This document shows positions 14,283-28,840 of a DNA stretch of 64,000 nt, one piece after another. Under the pieces are notes generated by a model. The model ran no database searches. It was not told the DNA's origin and saw only the letters and a program-made list of their open reading frames with translations. The stretch comes from Octopus vulgaris. Lineage: Eukaryota. Location of the stretch: contig OX597814.1 in the NCBI GenBank assembly GCA_951406725.2, forward strand, positions 25,110,001-25,174,000. Reading direction: 5' to 3'. The stretch's first letter is position 1. The number at the start of each line of letters is the position of its first letter. The position numbers and the translations under genes are program-made.

Positions 14283-15143
14283 TCACTAGAAGATGACTTC
14301 AATTTGTTCTCAGTTTTGAGTTAATTATGATACATATGAAACTTGTGTGATATTAGTGAAACATAATAAACGCAATTACACTATAAGGATAGCTAAAATT
14401 TCCAAATATTTGTAGATGCTAGATGTTAGATAATGGCAAGGGCACCAGTAAACTAGGAAGGACATGGAGTAAGGTAATTAAATCAAATGTGAGCAAGTTA
14501 AGATTTAGTGATGAATGATGAAGTATAGAAACAGCTGGAGGCTACAATATTAATGGAGACCTCTTCAACCTATGCTGGAATAACAAACATCATGGACTTT
14601 TAAAACTGAGCTGGGGAAGAAGCTGTGCATGAGGAGGAGGATGGCAGTGGTGGCAACAATGTCAGTGGTGGTAGTGGTGGTGATGTAGGCAATGCTGATG
14701 GTGATGACAAACAGAAGTGGTGCATAATCTGATGCTGTGGAATGTTAGTTGGGGAAATAAAGCTGGCAGTAGATATTATGATAGGTTTTAAGGCTAGTGA
14801 AGATGACATGTATGTAACTAGTAAGTTATGGTGTAATACTAAAGCATATAATGAAATAACATACATTTATGTGTGCTCCTAGATAGTAAATAGATAGGTG
14901 GATATATATGTGTTCATATATGTTTGTATGGATGGATGTATGGATGGCTGGTTGGCTGGCTGGTCGGTTGGTTTGTTTGGTTGGTTGGTTGGTTGGTTGG
15001 GTATATTTATGCATTTGTATATCTGTGTGAATGTACATATGTGTGTGTGTTTATTTATATTTATAAATACACACACATATATATATATAAATAGACACAC
15101 ACACACACACATATTTATATATGTATATATATAGGTAATCGAG

Positions 15144-15280
15144 TAAATAGGTAACATATCGATAAGGTAATTAAGTCTCTTTCTAACATTGTATATAAAT
15201 AGGTAATATATCAATAAGGTAATTAAGTCTCTTTCTAACATTGTATATAAATAGGTAACATATCGATAAGGTAATTAAGT
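15144..15280. repeat. 52-bp minisatellite, ~2.6 copies
   Basis: TAAATAGG unit starts at 15144, 15196 and 15248. Confidence 0.9.
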
Positions 15281-17211
15281 CAGGCAGAGTCTGTGATAGA
15301 ATACTTAAGCTTAGATAAGTGCTGCAACATGGATTAGCAACCATTGTGCCCCTCAGCCAGGGTGAAAAGAAAGACTGATTTTATGGCACCCATTTGCAGA
15401 CTACCTCATCGACAAATGACAGAGACCTTCTCTTTGTGGCCGGTGACTTCAATGGGCATGTTGAACAACATGCAATTGTCTTCCATGGTGTATATGGTGG
15501 CTATGGATTTGGTTCTGGCAATCAGGAGGGAACCAGGCTGCTGGAGTTCTATGATGCAAATGATCTTATGGTTTGTAATACTAACTTCAGGAAACCTGCC
15601 ATCTGGTGGACACTCTAGATAGATTGATTACATCCTTGCCAGGAAATTCTGAGTAGGAGTAAGGGTCCACTAAGGTTCAGTCCTCAGCCCCTTCTTATTC
15701 ATTATAGTCTTCCAGGCAATAACAGAAGAACTCAAGACAGGATGCCCCTGGGAGCTCCTCTATGCTGATGACATTGCTCTAATAGCTGAGTCCCTATCAG
15801 AACTAGAGGAGATGTTTCAGGTATGGAAGCAAGGTTTACAATCGAAGGGCCTTAGAGTCAATCTAGCAAAAACCAAAGTCTTAGTAAGTAGGAAGACAGG
15901 CAAATCCCTTCAGGTAGCTTGCCCTGTTTGATCTGTAGAAATGGCATAGGTAGAAACTCTGTAAGATATACTCAGTGTAAGCTATGAATACATAAGAGGT
16001 ACAGCAATATCAAAGGAAAGCTAACTGGGAAGATAGTTTTTATGTGTGGCAAATGCACAGGGTCAATAAACACCGAAAATGTGCAGGAAACAGCTTCCAT
16101 CAGATTCCAGGGGAGAAAACCAGAAGTAGTTGATAGCTTCTGTTACCTAGGTGAACAAGTCAGTAGTGGGAGTGGATGCTCTGAGAGCATAGCTGTTAGA
16201 ATAAGAATAGCCTGGGCAAAGTTCAGAGAACTCCTACCTCTGATAGTAAGAAAGACCTCCCTCTCAGAGTGATAGATAGACTGTATGACACATGTATACA
16301 AAGAGCCATGCTACACGGCAGTGAAACATGGGCTGTGACTGCTAAGGACATGTGTAAGCTTGCAGGAAATGAAGCTAGTATACTCCGATGCATGTGTAAT
16401 GTTAGTGTGTATACACAACAGTGTAAGTGCCCTGAGAGAAAAGTTGAACACAAGAGGCATCAGATGTGGTATGCAAGGGAGACAACTGTGCTGGTATGGT
16501 CATGTGTTGCATATGGATGAGGACAGCTGTGTGGAAAAGGGTCACACCCTAATAGTGGAGGGAACCTGTGGAAGAGGTAGACCCAGGAAGACCTGGGATG
16601 AGGTGGTAAAACACAACCTTCGAATGTTGGGCCTCATGGAGGCAATGACAAGCGACCAAGATCTTTGGAGATATGCTTTACTTGAGAAGACTGGGCAAGC
16701 CAAGCGAAACTGTAACCATGGCCTATGCCAGTGTAGCATAAATGGCCCATTTAAGAGTACCATTCAATTAATGGGTAATAAACTATGCTTGAGAAGACCT
16801 GTTGGGTCAAGTGAAATCATTGTTGCGACCGATGCCAGTACCTCTTCAGTGGCACGTAAAAAAAGCACCATTCGAGAGTGGTCAATGCCAGTCCCACAAG
16901 ACTGGCTCCTATGCCAGTGGCATGTAAAATGCACCATGCGAATATGGCTGATGCCAGTGCTGCCTGACTGGCAGGTAAAAATCACCATTTGAGCATGGTC
17001 AAAAACAGTGCCACCTGACTTGCCCTTGTGCTGGTGGCATGTAAAAAGCACCCACTACACTCTTGGAGTGGTTGCCATTAGGAAGGGTATCCAGCTGCCA
17101 GATCAGATTGGGGCCTGGTGCAGCCTCCTGGCTTCCCAGACCCCAGTCGAACTGTCCAACCCATGCCAGCATGGGAAACAGATGTTAAACGATGATGATG
17201 ATGATGATGAT
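15281..17211 (+). mobile_element. RTE-clade LINE, 5'-truncated and internally deleted, with (GAT)n tail
   Basis: APE motif FVAGDFNGHV...EGTRLLEF...NTNFRK is joined near 15645 to RT (GSVLSP, ELLYADDIALIAES). Also LHGSETW, WYGHV and GRGRPRKTW. Repeat-rich 3'UTR, then gttaaacgatgatgat. Stops and frameshifts present. Confidence 0.95.
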
Positions 17212-17243
17212 ACATATACATATATATTTAGAGAGAGAGAGAT

Positions 17244-17352
<109 letters not shown>

Positions 17353-17689
17353 CTGATAGTTTCGTGCACATTTATACTAAATTGCATTGCAATATTTATT
17401 CCAGTTCTTTTGCTCTGAGATTAATTCCCATTGAGGTAAACTTTGTCTTTCATCCTATAAAGATTGATATATAAATTAGGAGCTAAAGGTTAGTGCAGCA
17501 CCACTCTCTTGAGCTTTCATTTCCAGGATGTTCTACTGGACCAAGGAAAGTAGGGATTTAGAATTTTTCTGCCTGCTTGCAACTACCTGGGCCCTGAGAC
17601 AATTGACAAAAGCATTGCATACGCTACCAAATAATTCTTGATTTTGAATGATAGCTGTAGCACATGTATATATACAGAGATGGAGTGGG

Positions 17690-18192
17690 GGCAGAGAGAG
17701 AGAAAGAGAGAGAATAAGTAGCAGAACATTGATGTGGGCGTACTGAAGTCATATTAGCCAGAATAAGAATGGCAGGAAAAGTTCAAAGAGCAAATACCTC
17801 TGCTGCAACAAAGTGTTTCTCTTTCTAACGTTGTATATAAAGTGCAATACCCACATAAGAGTAAAACCTGGAGACTGAATGTAGATGATGTCAGAAGGCT
17901 TGAAAGAAATGAGGAAATAAGAGAAATTAGATGTAGTGTGCAAGAGAGGAGACTGAGCTGATATAGATATGATGCATATGTAGGATGACAGTTGCATAAA
18001 GAAGTGCCAAGAAAGGTGGAAGGACTCTGCAGAAAAGGTAAACTGAGAAAGACACAGAAAGAAGTAGAAATTGATCTCATGGCAGATATGAAAAGAGACC
18101 TCTACAACTGGTGAAACTCAGTATTGGTGAAGGCCCATCTATTCCATGCAAGCATGATGAAAATGGACATAAAATGATTATGATGGTGACAA
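17690..18192 (+). mobile_element. Old RTE LINE 3' fragment
   Basis: Decayed ARIR..KFKE.PLL, RRLERNE and VEG.CRKGK motifs, plus a decayed gcaagcatg...aaaatgattatgatg tail. Confidence 0.6.
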
Positions 18193-18530
18193 TAGGATTT
18201 AGAAAGTGGATATTAGATAGAAAATGGGAAATGCATATTCACTATTTATTATGTAAAGAAATTTTGTTCAATGAATTATTTGCAAACTCATTTAACCCGG
18301 AATATAATGTTGATACAAATCATGAAGTTACTGCAGAAAATTATAAAAACACAAAAGAAGAAAAAAAATTTCTTAACTTTTGTTGCTTTAAAAATAAATG
18401 GTAATTGTCAATGAGAATTTCATTGTTAGAAGGAGTAGAAGCATTATTCAAATATTTACTCCTAGTAAATAACAAATGACTCGATGAAAATCTCAGAAAC
18501 ATATCAATATCTATTGATACTTATATCTAA

Positions 18531-20947
18531 TGATCGATTGGCCCGCATCAATTGTACAACATCTTCCCGGTTCGGCCAGGCCCTTCTTGACGTGGCTGAA
18601 GATTGTTTTCTCTCGCAACATGTTGAATATCCGACAAGGCATCGGTCTGGGCAGCAGCCATCTATGCTAGATCTGGTATTCTCCCGCTATCCAAGATCAG
18701 TGTCAGACGTATCTGTGTGCGCCCCTCTTGCCAAGAGTGATCATGCGGTCCTGAAGTTCGTCATGCACACAACTTTTTCCACGCCCACGATTACTTCGCT
18801 GCCACGTAGAGTCTTCTCTGCAATTAATCTTGAAATTCTAACCGAGGCTTCCGCGCTTCTGGACTGGCGTTCCCTGATGACGTTGTCCTCAGTTGACGAA
18901 CTATGGTCATCCCTCAAAGCATATGTAATCTGTTTGACTGACCAGGCAGTTCCCGTTGGACTTCCCAAGAGGAAGAAACACAAGCCCTGGGTGACGAAGA
19001 AGGTTAAACGAGAACGTCGACTCAGAGATATTGCTTGGGCTGAATTCAAAAATCTGGATTCGACTGCAGATTTTGAGGTGTACAAAACTCAACGAGACCG
19101 AGCCGTGAAAATTGAAAAGAAAGAACGCTTCAGTTATGAATACAAAATCGCGGCAAATGCCAGTAGCAATCCAAAAACCTTCTTTGCCCATGTCCAGCGG
19201 AATTCCCGCTTGAACAACCAGATTGCAACGTTGGTAGACTCAACAGCCGTATCGATTGAGGACCCTTATCAACAGAGTCAATTATTTGCCGAGGCTTTTT
19301 CAACTATTTTCAAACAAGATGATGGTCGTGAACCCCCTCCATTTGATAGATCGGTACCTCCAATGCTTCGATTGATCATCACGCGGGACCAAGTCAAATG
19401 TGTTATTCAAGGCCTCGATGTCAACAAGGGTCACGGCCCTGACCGCATACACCCACGGGTTATCAAAGCGTTGGCTCCGGTCATCTGCGAGCCCTTAACA
19501 CGACTATTCAATATGTCATTGGCGACGGGTGTTATACCTGCAGACTGGAGAACAGCGATAATCTGCCCAATTTTCAAGAAAGGGAGCCGCGAAGACCCGC
19601 TTAACTACCGACCGGTTTCCCTTACATCAATAATCAGCAAGATGTTCGAAACCATCCTTAAGAAAAGTATGATGCTCCACCTCCTAAACACAGCCTCGAT
19701 CACTGATTCCCAACACGGCTTCGTGCCGAAGAGATCATGCTTGACCAACTTACTAGTAATGGAAGAATTGGTGACGCGCATCCTCGATGATAGTGATGCT
19801 GTTGACATCGTTTTATTGGACTTTGCCAAAGCTTTTGACTCGGTAAACCACCGCCTACTACTTGTCAAGCTTCAAGCATATAGTTTCCATCCGGATATTG
19901 TACGATGGGTTGGTGCCTTCCTCTCAGATCGCTCCTTCCAAGTTCAAGTTAATGGTTCGCGGTCCGACGTCTCCAGTGCGAGCCTCAAGGTTCAGTGCTT
20001 GGGCCCTTGTTGTTCTTAGTCTTCATAAATGACTTGCCCGACGACCTCACGCAACAAACCCTTCTATTTGCCGACGATATCAAACTGGTCGCTCCTCGCG
20101 GTAGTATAGAGGATCTTCGTCGATGCCTCCATCAAATTTGGAAGTGGTCTAACGATTGGGACCTGTGTCTGAACGTGTCAAAGTGCTGTCATCTGCCTGT
20201 CGGCTCTACTCCTGCAACTCAACTTGATTTCGAGCCGGGTCGTCTACTGCTGGAGAGGACCGATCAGGTAAAGGACCTGGGTATCTTGGTGGATTCCTCC
20301 TTTTCGCCTTCGGCCCAATGCTGCCAACAAAGCGCGCGGAATTCTGTTTTTGATTCGACGGTCATTCGGAATGCTCACAGCAGCCATATTCCTGCCACTC
20401 TATGTCATGCTGGTGAGACCCATATTGGAGTATGGGATTCAAGCCTCTTCTCCTTATCTCCTCAAAGACATACAGCACCTCGAAAGAGTCCAGAGGCTGG
20501 CTACCCGCATGGTTCATGGTCTCAAAAATTTGTCCTACGAAGAAAGGCTGAGGACGCTCGACCTTTATTCTCTTGAAAAATGCCGCCGCCGTGGTGATCT
20601 CATTCTCGCCCACAACATCATAAGCGGGAAGTGTAACATCTCGAAAGAGCTGTTCTTCACTCCTGCTCCGGAGCGTCGGCTGCGGGGTCATTCCGAAAAG
20701 CTCTACCTGCGACGATTTCATCTCAATCGAAGGAGAGGAGCTTTCTCCGTCCGGGTTGCGGATCCGTGGAACAAGCTGCCAGACGAGATGGTGAAGATGC
20801 CGACGACCGCTTTGTTCAAAGCCTCCCTGGACCTAAAGTGGCCTGAACTCTTTACATGAACACCACCCTGTACTTAACTCCATGTCCCCCTACATGGCCT
20901 TGCTATTTGCTTTTGAGCCAAATTAACTAACTAACTAACTAACTAAC
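18531..20947 (+). mobile_element. Young 5'-truncated CR1-clade LINE (ORF2: APE C-terminus + RT), frameshifted
   Basis: ORFs 18484-20019, 19995-20576 and 20350-20859 join into ORF2: PTR..LDLVF..PLAKSDH, NYRPVSLTS, QHGF, LDFAKAFDSV, PQGSVLGP, LFADD, LERVQR, RLRGH, WNKLP. 3'UTR hairpin CCATGT-CCCCCT-ACATGG (20880-20897) and (TAAC)n tail. Rich in GC and CpG relative to the flanks. Confidence 0.97.
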
Positions 20948-20960
20948 ATATATGTGCAGA

Positions 20961-21004
<44 letters not shown>

Positions 21005-21007
<3 letters not shown>

Positions 21008-21190
21008 TCATCATCATCGTTTAACATCTGTTTTCCATGCTAGCATGGGCTGGAGGGTTTGACCAGGGTTTGGGAAGCCAGGAGGCTGCCCCAGGCTCCA
21101 GTCTGATCTAGCAGTGTTTCTACAGCTGGATGCCCTTCCTAACACTAAAAACTCCGTGAGTGTAGTGGCTGCTTTTTACATGACACCGGG
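21005..21190 (-). mobile_element. RTE 3' end
   Basis: (ATC)n followed by gtttaacatc...ccatgctagcatggg...ggatgcccttcctaac. Confidence 0.85.
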
Positions 21191-21197
21191 ATGGGGA

Positions 21198-21249
<52 letters not shown>

Positions 21250-21382
21250 TTGAGGTTATACAAGATAATGCTGTCATTGAGACCCAAAGGTGTCAGGTAA
21301 TGCTGAATAAGTGCCATAGACAAACCATAGTTAAGTTCCAGATTCGGTAATATTGCGAATAAATGGTTCAACATACATACAT

Positions 21383-21413
<31 letters not shown>

Positions 21414-21510
21414 TATATATCTATATATATATGATTATTATTTGAGGGAATAAAATCCAAACTTACAAGGAAAAAATTCAATTTAGAAATACTAAATCAA
21501 ATTTCACACA

Positions 21511-21555
<45 letters not shown>

Positions 21556-22053
21556 ATATGCATACATGCATACATACATGCATACATGTATACATACACA
21601 TGCATTCATAAGTATTCAGTATAAGCAATCAAATCATAACTATGAAAATAATGTGTGCATTTATTTTTAATACATTCCTGCACACTATAACGTGATTGGC
21701 TTTGATTGGAGGATTTTGTCTAACAGAGCGATTCTCTGTGTTTAGTGCTTGTGTGTAAAAATTCACCAAGTGCCAAGCTACACCAGTGGTCTTCCAGACA
21801 TGGTATTTCAGTGTGATTTTACCTACTCACTTCTCCAGTTCTTTGAAGCAAGATAGATTTTTTTTTACTTACATAACAAACAAAATAGTAACTGAAGAGG
21901 TCCGAGGTTTGAGCATGCAAAGCTGTGAAAATCAAAATAATGGTGTGTACATTTATTTTAACATGTTTCTCCATTCTAAAAAGTGAGTGACATTCACTGC
22001 AGGATTTTGCTCCAGAGATTAATTTTGAAGTGCAATTCATGTAATACTATAAA

Positions 22054-22341
22054 AAACTGTTGTATTTAAGAATGGTCGTTTTGCCAGTTTAGCCAAAAAA
22101 AACACACGCACTATATATTTGGTGTTACCGGTTAGTAAGGAGAGACACACAAATAAGAAAGAAGAAAGCAAAGGACCACTGATGTCGTCACAGGAGTGTG
22201 ACGAAAGAACTTTGGCCGAAATAAGATTAAGATTAATGTAAAAAAATAAATAACGCTGAAGCAAAGTAACACCAAATATATAGTGCGTGTGTTTTTATTG
22301 GCTTAACTGGCAAAATGACCATTCCTAAATACAACAATTTC
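22054..22341. mobile_element. Fold-back element with ~75-bp inverted arms and an internal hammerhead-like motif (probable Penelope pseudo-LTR remnant)
   Basis: Arms 22054-22128 and 22266-22341 are reverse complements. Internal CTGATG-tc-GTCAC-aggagt-GTGAC-GAAAG-aa-CTTT at 22179-22213. Confidence 0.75.
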
Positions 22342-22456
22342 TGTTTCAACACACGATTTCACATCAAAAATCTTGCAAAACAAATATATAAATGTAATAA
22401 TATAAAGAACTGTGTTAATAAGAAATGTAATCATCATTATTTTCATCCTTGCTGCA

Positions 22457-22678
22457 TTACTCTTTACTCTTTTTACTCTTTTACTTGTTTCAGTCATTTG
22501 AATGTGGCCATGCTGGAGCACCACCTTTTAGTCGAGCAAATCGACCCCAGGATTTATTCTTTGTAAGCCTAGTACTTATTCTATCAGTCTCTTTCGCTGA
22601 ATCGCTAAGTTACGGTTACATAAACACACCAGCATTGGTTCTCAATTGATGTTGTGGGACAAATACAGACACACAAAC

Positions 22679-22709
<31 letters not shown>

Positions 22710-22881
22710 CATATATACGACGGGCTTCTTTCAGTTTCCGTCAACCAAATCCACTCACAAGGCTTTGATCAGCTTGAGGCTATAGTAGAAGACACTTGCC
22801 CAAGGTGCCATGCAGTTGGACTGAACTCGGAACCATGTGGTTGGTAAGCAAGCTACTTACCACACAGCCACTCCTACACCT
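22457..22881 (-). mobile_element. Abundant tRNA-derived SINE (GGCGCAGGAGTGGCTGTGTGG family)
   Basis: Reverse complement of the 31786 copy; internal microsatellite and (AAAAGAGT)-like tail. Confidence 0.92.
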
Positions 22882-23122
22882 ATTGTGTGATTAAACTAAA
22901 TTAATTTTATCTTGACAAGTCTCAAGTCACACTGCACCATCAGATGTTGCCTTTGCTGTTTTCTACATAGGAACAGCAATTTCTATTTAGAACTGTGTAG
23001 CTCTAAATGACTGAGGCATTACCTTTTGATAAAAAGATGAAGCTACACTGAAAACCTGCATCTGAAAAATAACATCCTCATCATTGTTGTTGTCGTTGTC
23101 ATCATCATCATCATCATCATCC

Positions 23123-23484
23123 CCATTATCATAATATTATGTCCACTTTTCATGGATGGCATTAGAGAATCCAACAGGCTGGAGAACCTTGTCAGGCTCA
23201 GTTTTGGTATGGTTTCACTGTCAAATGCGCTTTCAAGTGCCAACCACATTACAAAGAGTATTAGTCGCATTTTTCAGGTCATGAGTACTATAGAAGTAGT
23301 CTTGCTCTCAGGAAGACCAAAGATTCCTCTCAACCCTGCATTTTTCAGTTGGATTTGCAAACCATTTTACAGAGAGCACTTGACATTTCATAGATATTTT
23401 TAATGAAATTTTGCAGATATATGCTTTTGATAAAATATATATCGGAATTATATTGATAAAATTTAGAAAAGTAATAACATGTAT
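23123..23484. repeat. ~360-bp duplicated segment, copy 2
   Basis: Matches 7174-7536. Confidence 0.9.
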
Positions 23485-23660
23485 TTATTGCAAATATACA
23501 AATAAGACATAAGATAAAATTTTGCTTTGGAAAATTAGTTTCCATTTCAAGATATTTGATAAACGACAAATTATAATTAAAGTCTACCATAATTCCTGAT
23601 ATTACCCACAGTGGCAAAAATATACTTGAAAACTTATCTTATATGATGGTAACATTCTAG

Positions 23661-24252
23661 TCATCATCGTCATCATCATCGTTTAACGTCCGTTTTCCAT
23701 GCTAGCATGGGTTGGATGATTTGACCGGGGTTTGGGAAGCCAGGAGGCTGCACCAGGTTCCAGTCTGATCTAGCAGTGTTTCTACAGCAGGATGCCCTTC
23801 CTAACGCCAACCACTTCATTGGTACAGGTGCCAGGTGAGGCTGACAGCAGCCACGATTGGATGGTGCTTTTTACGTGCCGCCAGCACGGAAGCTAGTCAA
23901 GGCAGCACTGGCATTGGCCGCGTTTGGATGGTGCTTTTTACATGCCACAGGCACAGGTATCTCAACTACAATTTCCATTTGATTTTTTTATGTTGATGTA
24001 CTTGACTCAATAGGTCTTCTCAAGCACAGCAGGTCACCCTACAATCCAAGGTAAGCACAGCAGGCTGTCCTGTGATCCAAGGTACTTTGGATGGGCTGGG
24101 GCTTCTATGTGAAGCTGGTGCAGGAAACAGCCATGAGCTCACGTTTTTTGTCGGATCTTCGCAGTCACAGCATATCTCCAAAGGTCTCAGTCTTTCATCA
24201 TTGCCTCTGTGAGACCCAATGTTCGAAGGTCATGCTTGACCACCTATTCCCA
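23661..24252 (-). mobile_element. RTE LINE 3' fragment with (GAT)n tail
   Basis: Same 3' terminus and GGCACGTAAAAAGCACC repeats as the 15281 element, but a different internal 3'UTR (subfamily). Confidence 0.88.
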
Positions 24253-24266
24253 TATATATATAAATA

Positions 24267-24928
24267 TACAGGGTGCGAGGGGTATTTTTGAGGATAGTTT
24301 TGGTATATAATAAAATAACTATATTTCAGCATAATTAAATATGTATTTGAATAAACATTTGTGCAATTAGTCTTGATAATGATTTTTTAAGCAAATTATT
24401 CTATGAAACTGCCTTCGGGTTCGACGACTGCCTCACTGCAAGACCGAAACTGCTGGCATGCTGACACTTTATGGTCCTTATCCATTTCGGACATCACCTG
24501 GACAATGGCAGCCTTCAGTGAACCTATGGCATTATGAGCATGACAATTAGTCTGCCTTTCAACAGCACCCCACATGTAGTAAGCTCATGAAGTTCAAATC
24601 TAGTGTGTTTGGAGGCCATATATTGTGTGTTACACAATCATAAAGATTGTCTGACAACAATTCTTGGGTGACTAGAAGGTGCTGAGTTTTGTTCAAACAT
24701 GCATGGCCTTCTATTACTCACTTCATCAATCCAGGGCTTGATAACAGTTTCCAGTACCTCAATGTATCCAGCAGCATTAATTCTAAGACCCTGTGGAAAA
24801 AGTAGGGAGGCACTACATGACCTTCGTTACTCTCCACTCCTAAAACTATCACAGTTACTGGAAATTTTGTGTGCATCACTCTGAGTACTTCAGAAAGATC
24901 TGCATATAACCACCTGTCGTTTCTTCTG
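24267..24928 (-). mobile_element. Tc1/mariner (maT/DD37D-like) transposon, 3' half
   Basis: Minus translation RRNDRW...MHTKFPVTV..GV.SNEGHV.PPYFF, WPPNTLDLN and EGSFIE*. Terminus TA|CAGGGTG at 24267. Confidence 0.85.
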
Positions 24929-25098
24929 TATGTATATATGTGTATGCATATATAAACATATATATATGCATGAGTAAATATATATGTATGTGTATATATG
25001 TGTGTGTGTGTATGTGTGTGTGTGAATGTGTGTGTGCATATATATATATACACACAGACCTATAAGTATACATACATATACATACATATATATATACA

Positions 25099-25622
<524 letters not shown>

Positions 25623-25918
25623 TGTATGTATGTATGTATGTATGTATGTATGTATGTATGTATGTATGTATGTATGTATGTATGTATGTATACAGTAATT
25701 CTTCAACTATTGTGGTATTAGGTTCCAACCCCACCTCTGAGATAGGTGAAAATACACGGAATAGAAACAGTACTGTATTGTATATTTATTTAATTATAAA
25801 TACAAGACAACACTATGAAGTAATTCACGTGAGCTTAAATAATAAACATAATAAACCATGATAAGTGAACCTCTACTGATAAAGGATTACTATGTGTGTG
25901 TGTGTGTGTAGATGTATG

Positions 25919-26010
<92 letters not shown>

Positions 26011-26019
26011 GCCAACAAC

Positions 26020-26058
26020 TTTTGAAGAGGGTGCAAGATGCAACGAAAATTTTCGGAA
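26020..26058 (+). ncRNA. Degenerate minimal hammerhead ribozyme-like motif
   Basis: tTGAAGAG-ggTGCA-aga-TGCAac-GAAAATTTTC: core, stem II and palindromic stem III; the first core C is replaced by T. Confidence 0.5.
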
Positions 26059-26169
26059 AATAAAAGTAAATGAGTACAAATCGAACCAGTGAGTGTGTTA
26101 AGTAATAAAGCACTAAAAGAGAATCACTCTTCCCTGACACAATACTATATGTGTGTGTGCGTCTGTATT

Positions 26170-26201
<32 letters not shown>

Positions 26202-26474
26202 CATAAAATGGAATGTAATTCATGAGTAAGTTTGAATATTGTTGTGGCAATCATTTATGAATGAGATAAATATATCAATTAGATTTGAAGCGATTAATGA
26301 TAATGTGTTTAGCAAACTAATTGCTTAAACTGCAAATAACCTAGAATATAGCAGATTGCATTTTTAAAAAATGTCAAATGTTATTAAAGGTTATTGCATA
26401 ACTTCAAATCTATATATAATAAAATCATGCAAATTAAGAGATTATTTATCTTTCTTATAGCTGGAAACTCATTT

Positions 26475-26526
<52 letters not shown>

Positions 26527-26985
26527 CCATAAATTACGGAGTTTTTTCTTGATCATGGCAGACAACAACACTAGTTAAGGGAAAGTGTGTTCTGTTAATA
26601 AGATGTGGCTACAGATTCACTTAAACTCTGCATGCTTTCTTACTATAAGCATGCAAAGTTCAGAAAATGTCATGAAAATATTCTTTGCTTCTATATTCCT
26701 GTTATCTCTGTTATTGTATATATTTCACTTCTTTTGCTTTTTATAGATATTACTCTTATTTCTTTTCTTTATTTAATTTGTTTATTTATTTGTATTACAC
26801 CATTTGGGAATGTATAATTCAGTATCCATGCCATTATTTAATTTATTTGGTACTGGACATAACAATTCTTGCACGAAATAGTTACTCTTTAAATGGGAAT
26901 GTCACAAACAGATCATCAGCAAAAACGAAAATGAATGTTGAACACCAGCCAGTGTGATACCTTACCATTGCAACCCAAAGGGCAA

Positions 26986-27552
<567 letters not shown>

Positions 27553-28345
27553 TTTACAAATTTATTTCAGGCTTATCTCTTTGACTCTGTCTCTCCTTTT
27601 CTCTCTATCTGTTTCTGTATGCCTGTCACTTTCACTCTCCCTCTATTATATATTAAGACACACAGACAAACATATATGTTCTTCGTATATGTACTTATGT
27701 AACTGCATGTGTGTACATGTGTCTGTAATAGTGTGCGTTAATGTAGTAATTAGACACACATGAACTCTGAAAACACATCTTCATACAATGCACTGTGAGT
27801 GCTCTACAACTAATTAGAAATTAGTTGACGTTATAACTAATATCTATATGAAATAGATAATTAGAAAGAATGATTCCCAAATATATCCATATAAAAATTA
27901 TATGTGCATATTTACCGAACTGCAACCTTCATTCACACAATGATATATACAAGTATTTCTACATACAAAATAACTTTACAAACATCCATGAAATAGATGT
28001 ACGTCTCCTTCATAAATCCTTAGAATGACAATAAGTGAAGCAACTTGTCTGTGTATAAATGATGTTTACAAGCTATGAAATTAGATTAATAAGACATAGG
28101 ACCTTTGCTTCTGGTAGCACAGTTGTAATGGTAACATTTGCTTTATATTTCATGATCTTTTGATTTTTATCTCCAGCAATGTTTTTATTGTCTTACTGGT
28201 TTTAGATACTGAAGACAGCGAAAGCACCCACATAAAGACACTCGACGCTCAAATCTGTGTTTAGCTGCTTTTCAAAGATTTTAATTAAAAGAAAACTTTA
28301 CTAATATCAGTGTATCAAGTAAAATTTCTTAAATTTGTAAAGATA

Positions 28346-28840
<495 letters not shown>

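Noticed and set aside
16750-17060. CRISPR-like repeat-spacer appearance
   Set aside because: Eukaryotic context, degenerate repeats with mutually related spacers, located inside an RTE 3'UTR, and no cas genes.
20921-20947. (CTAA)n as a telomere-like repeat
   Set aside because: It is the CR1 tail directly after the 3'UTR hairpin and is not TTAGGG.
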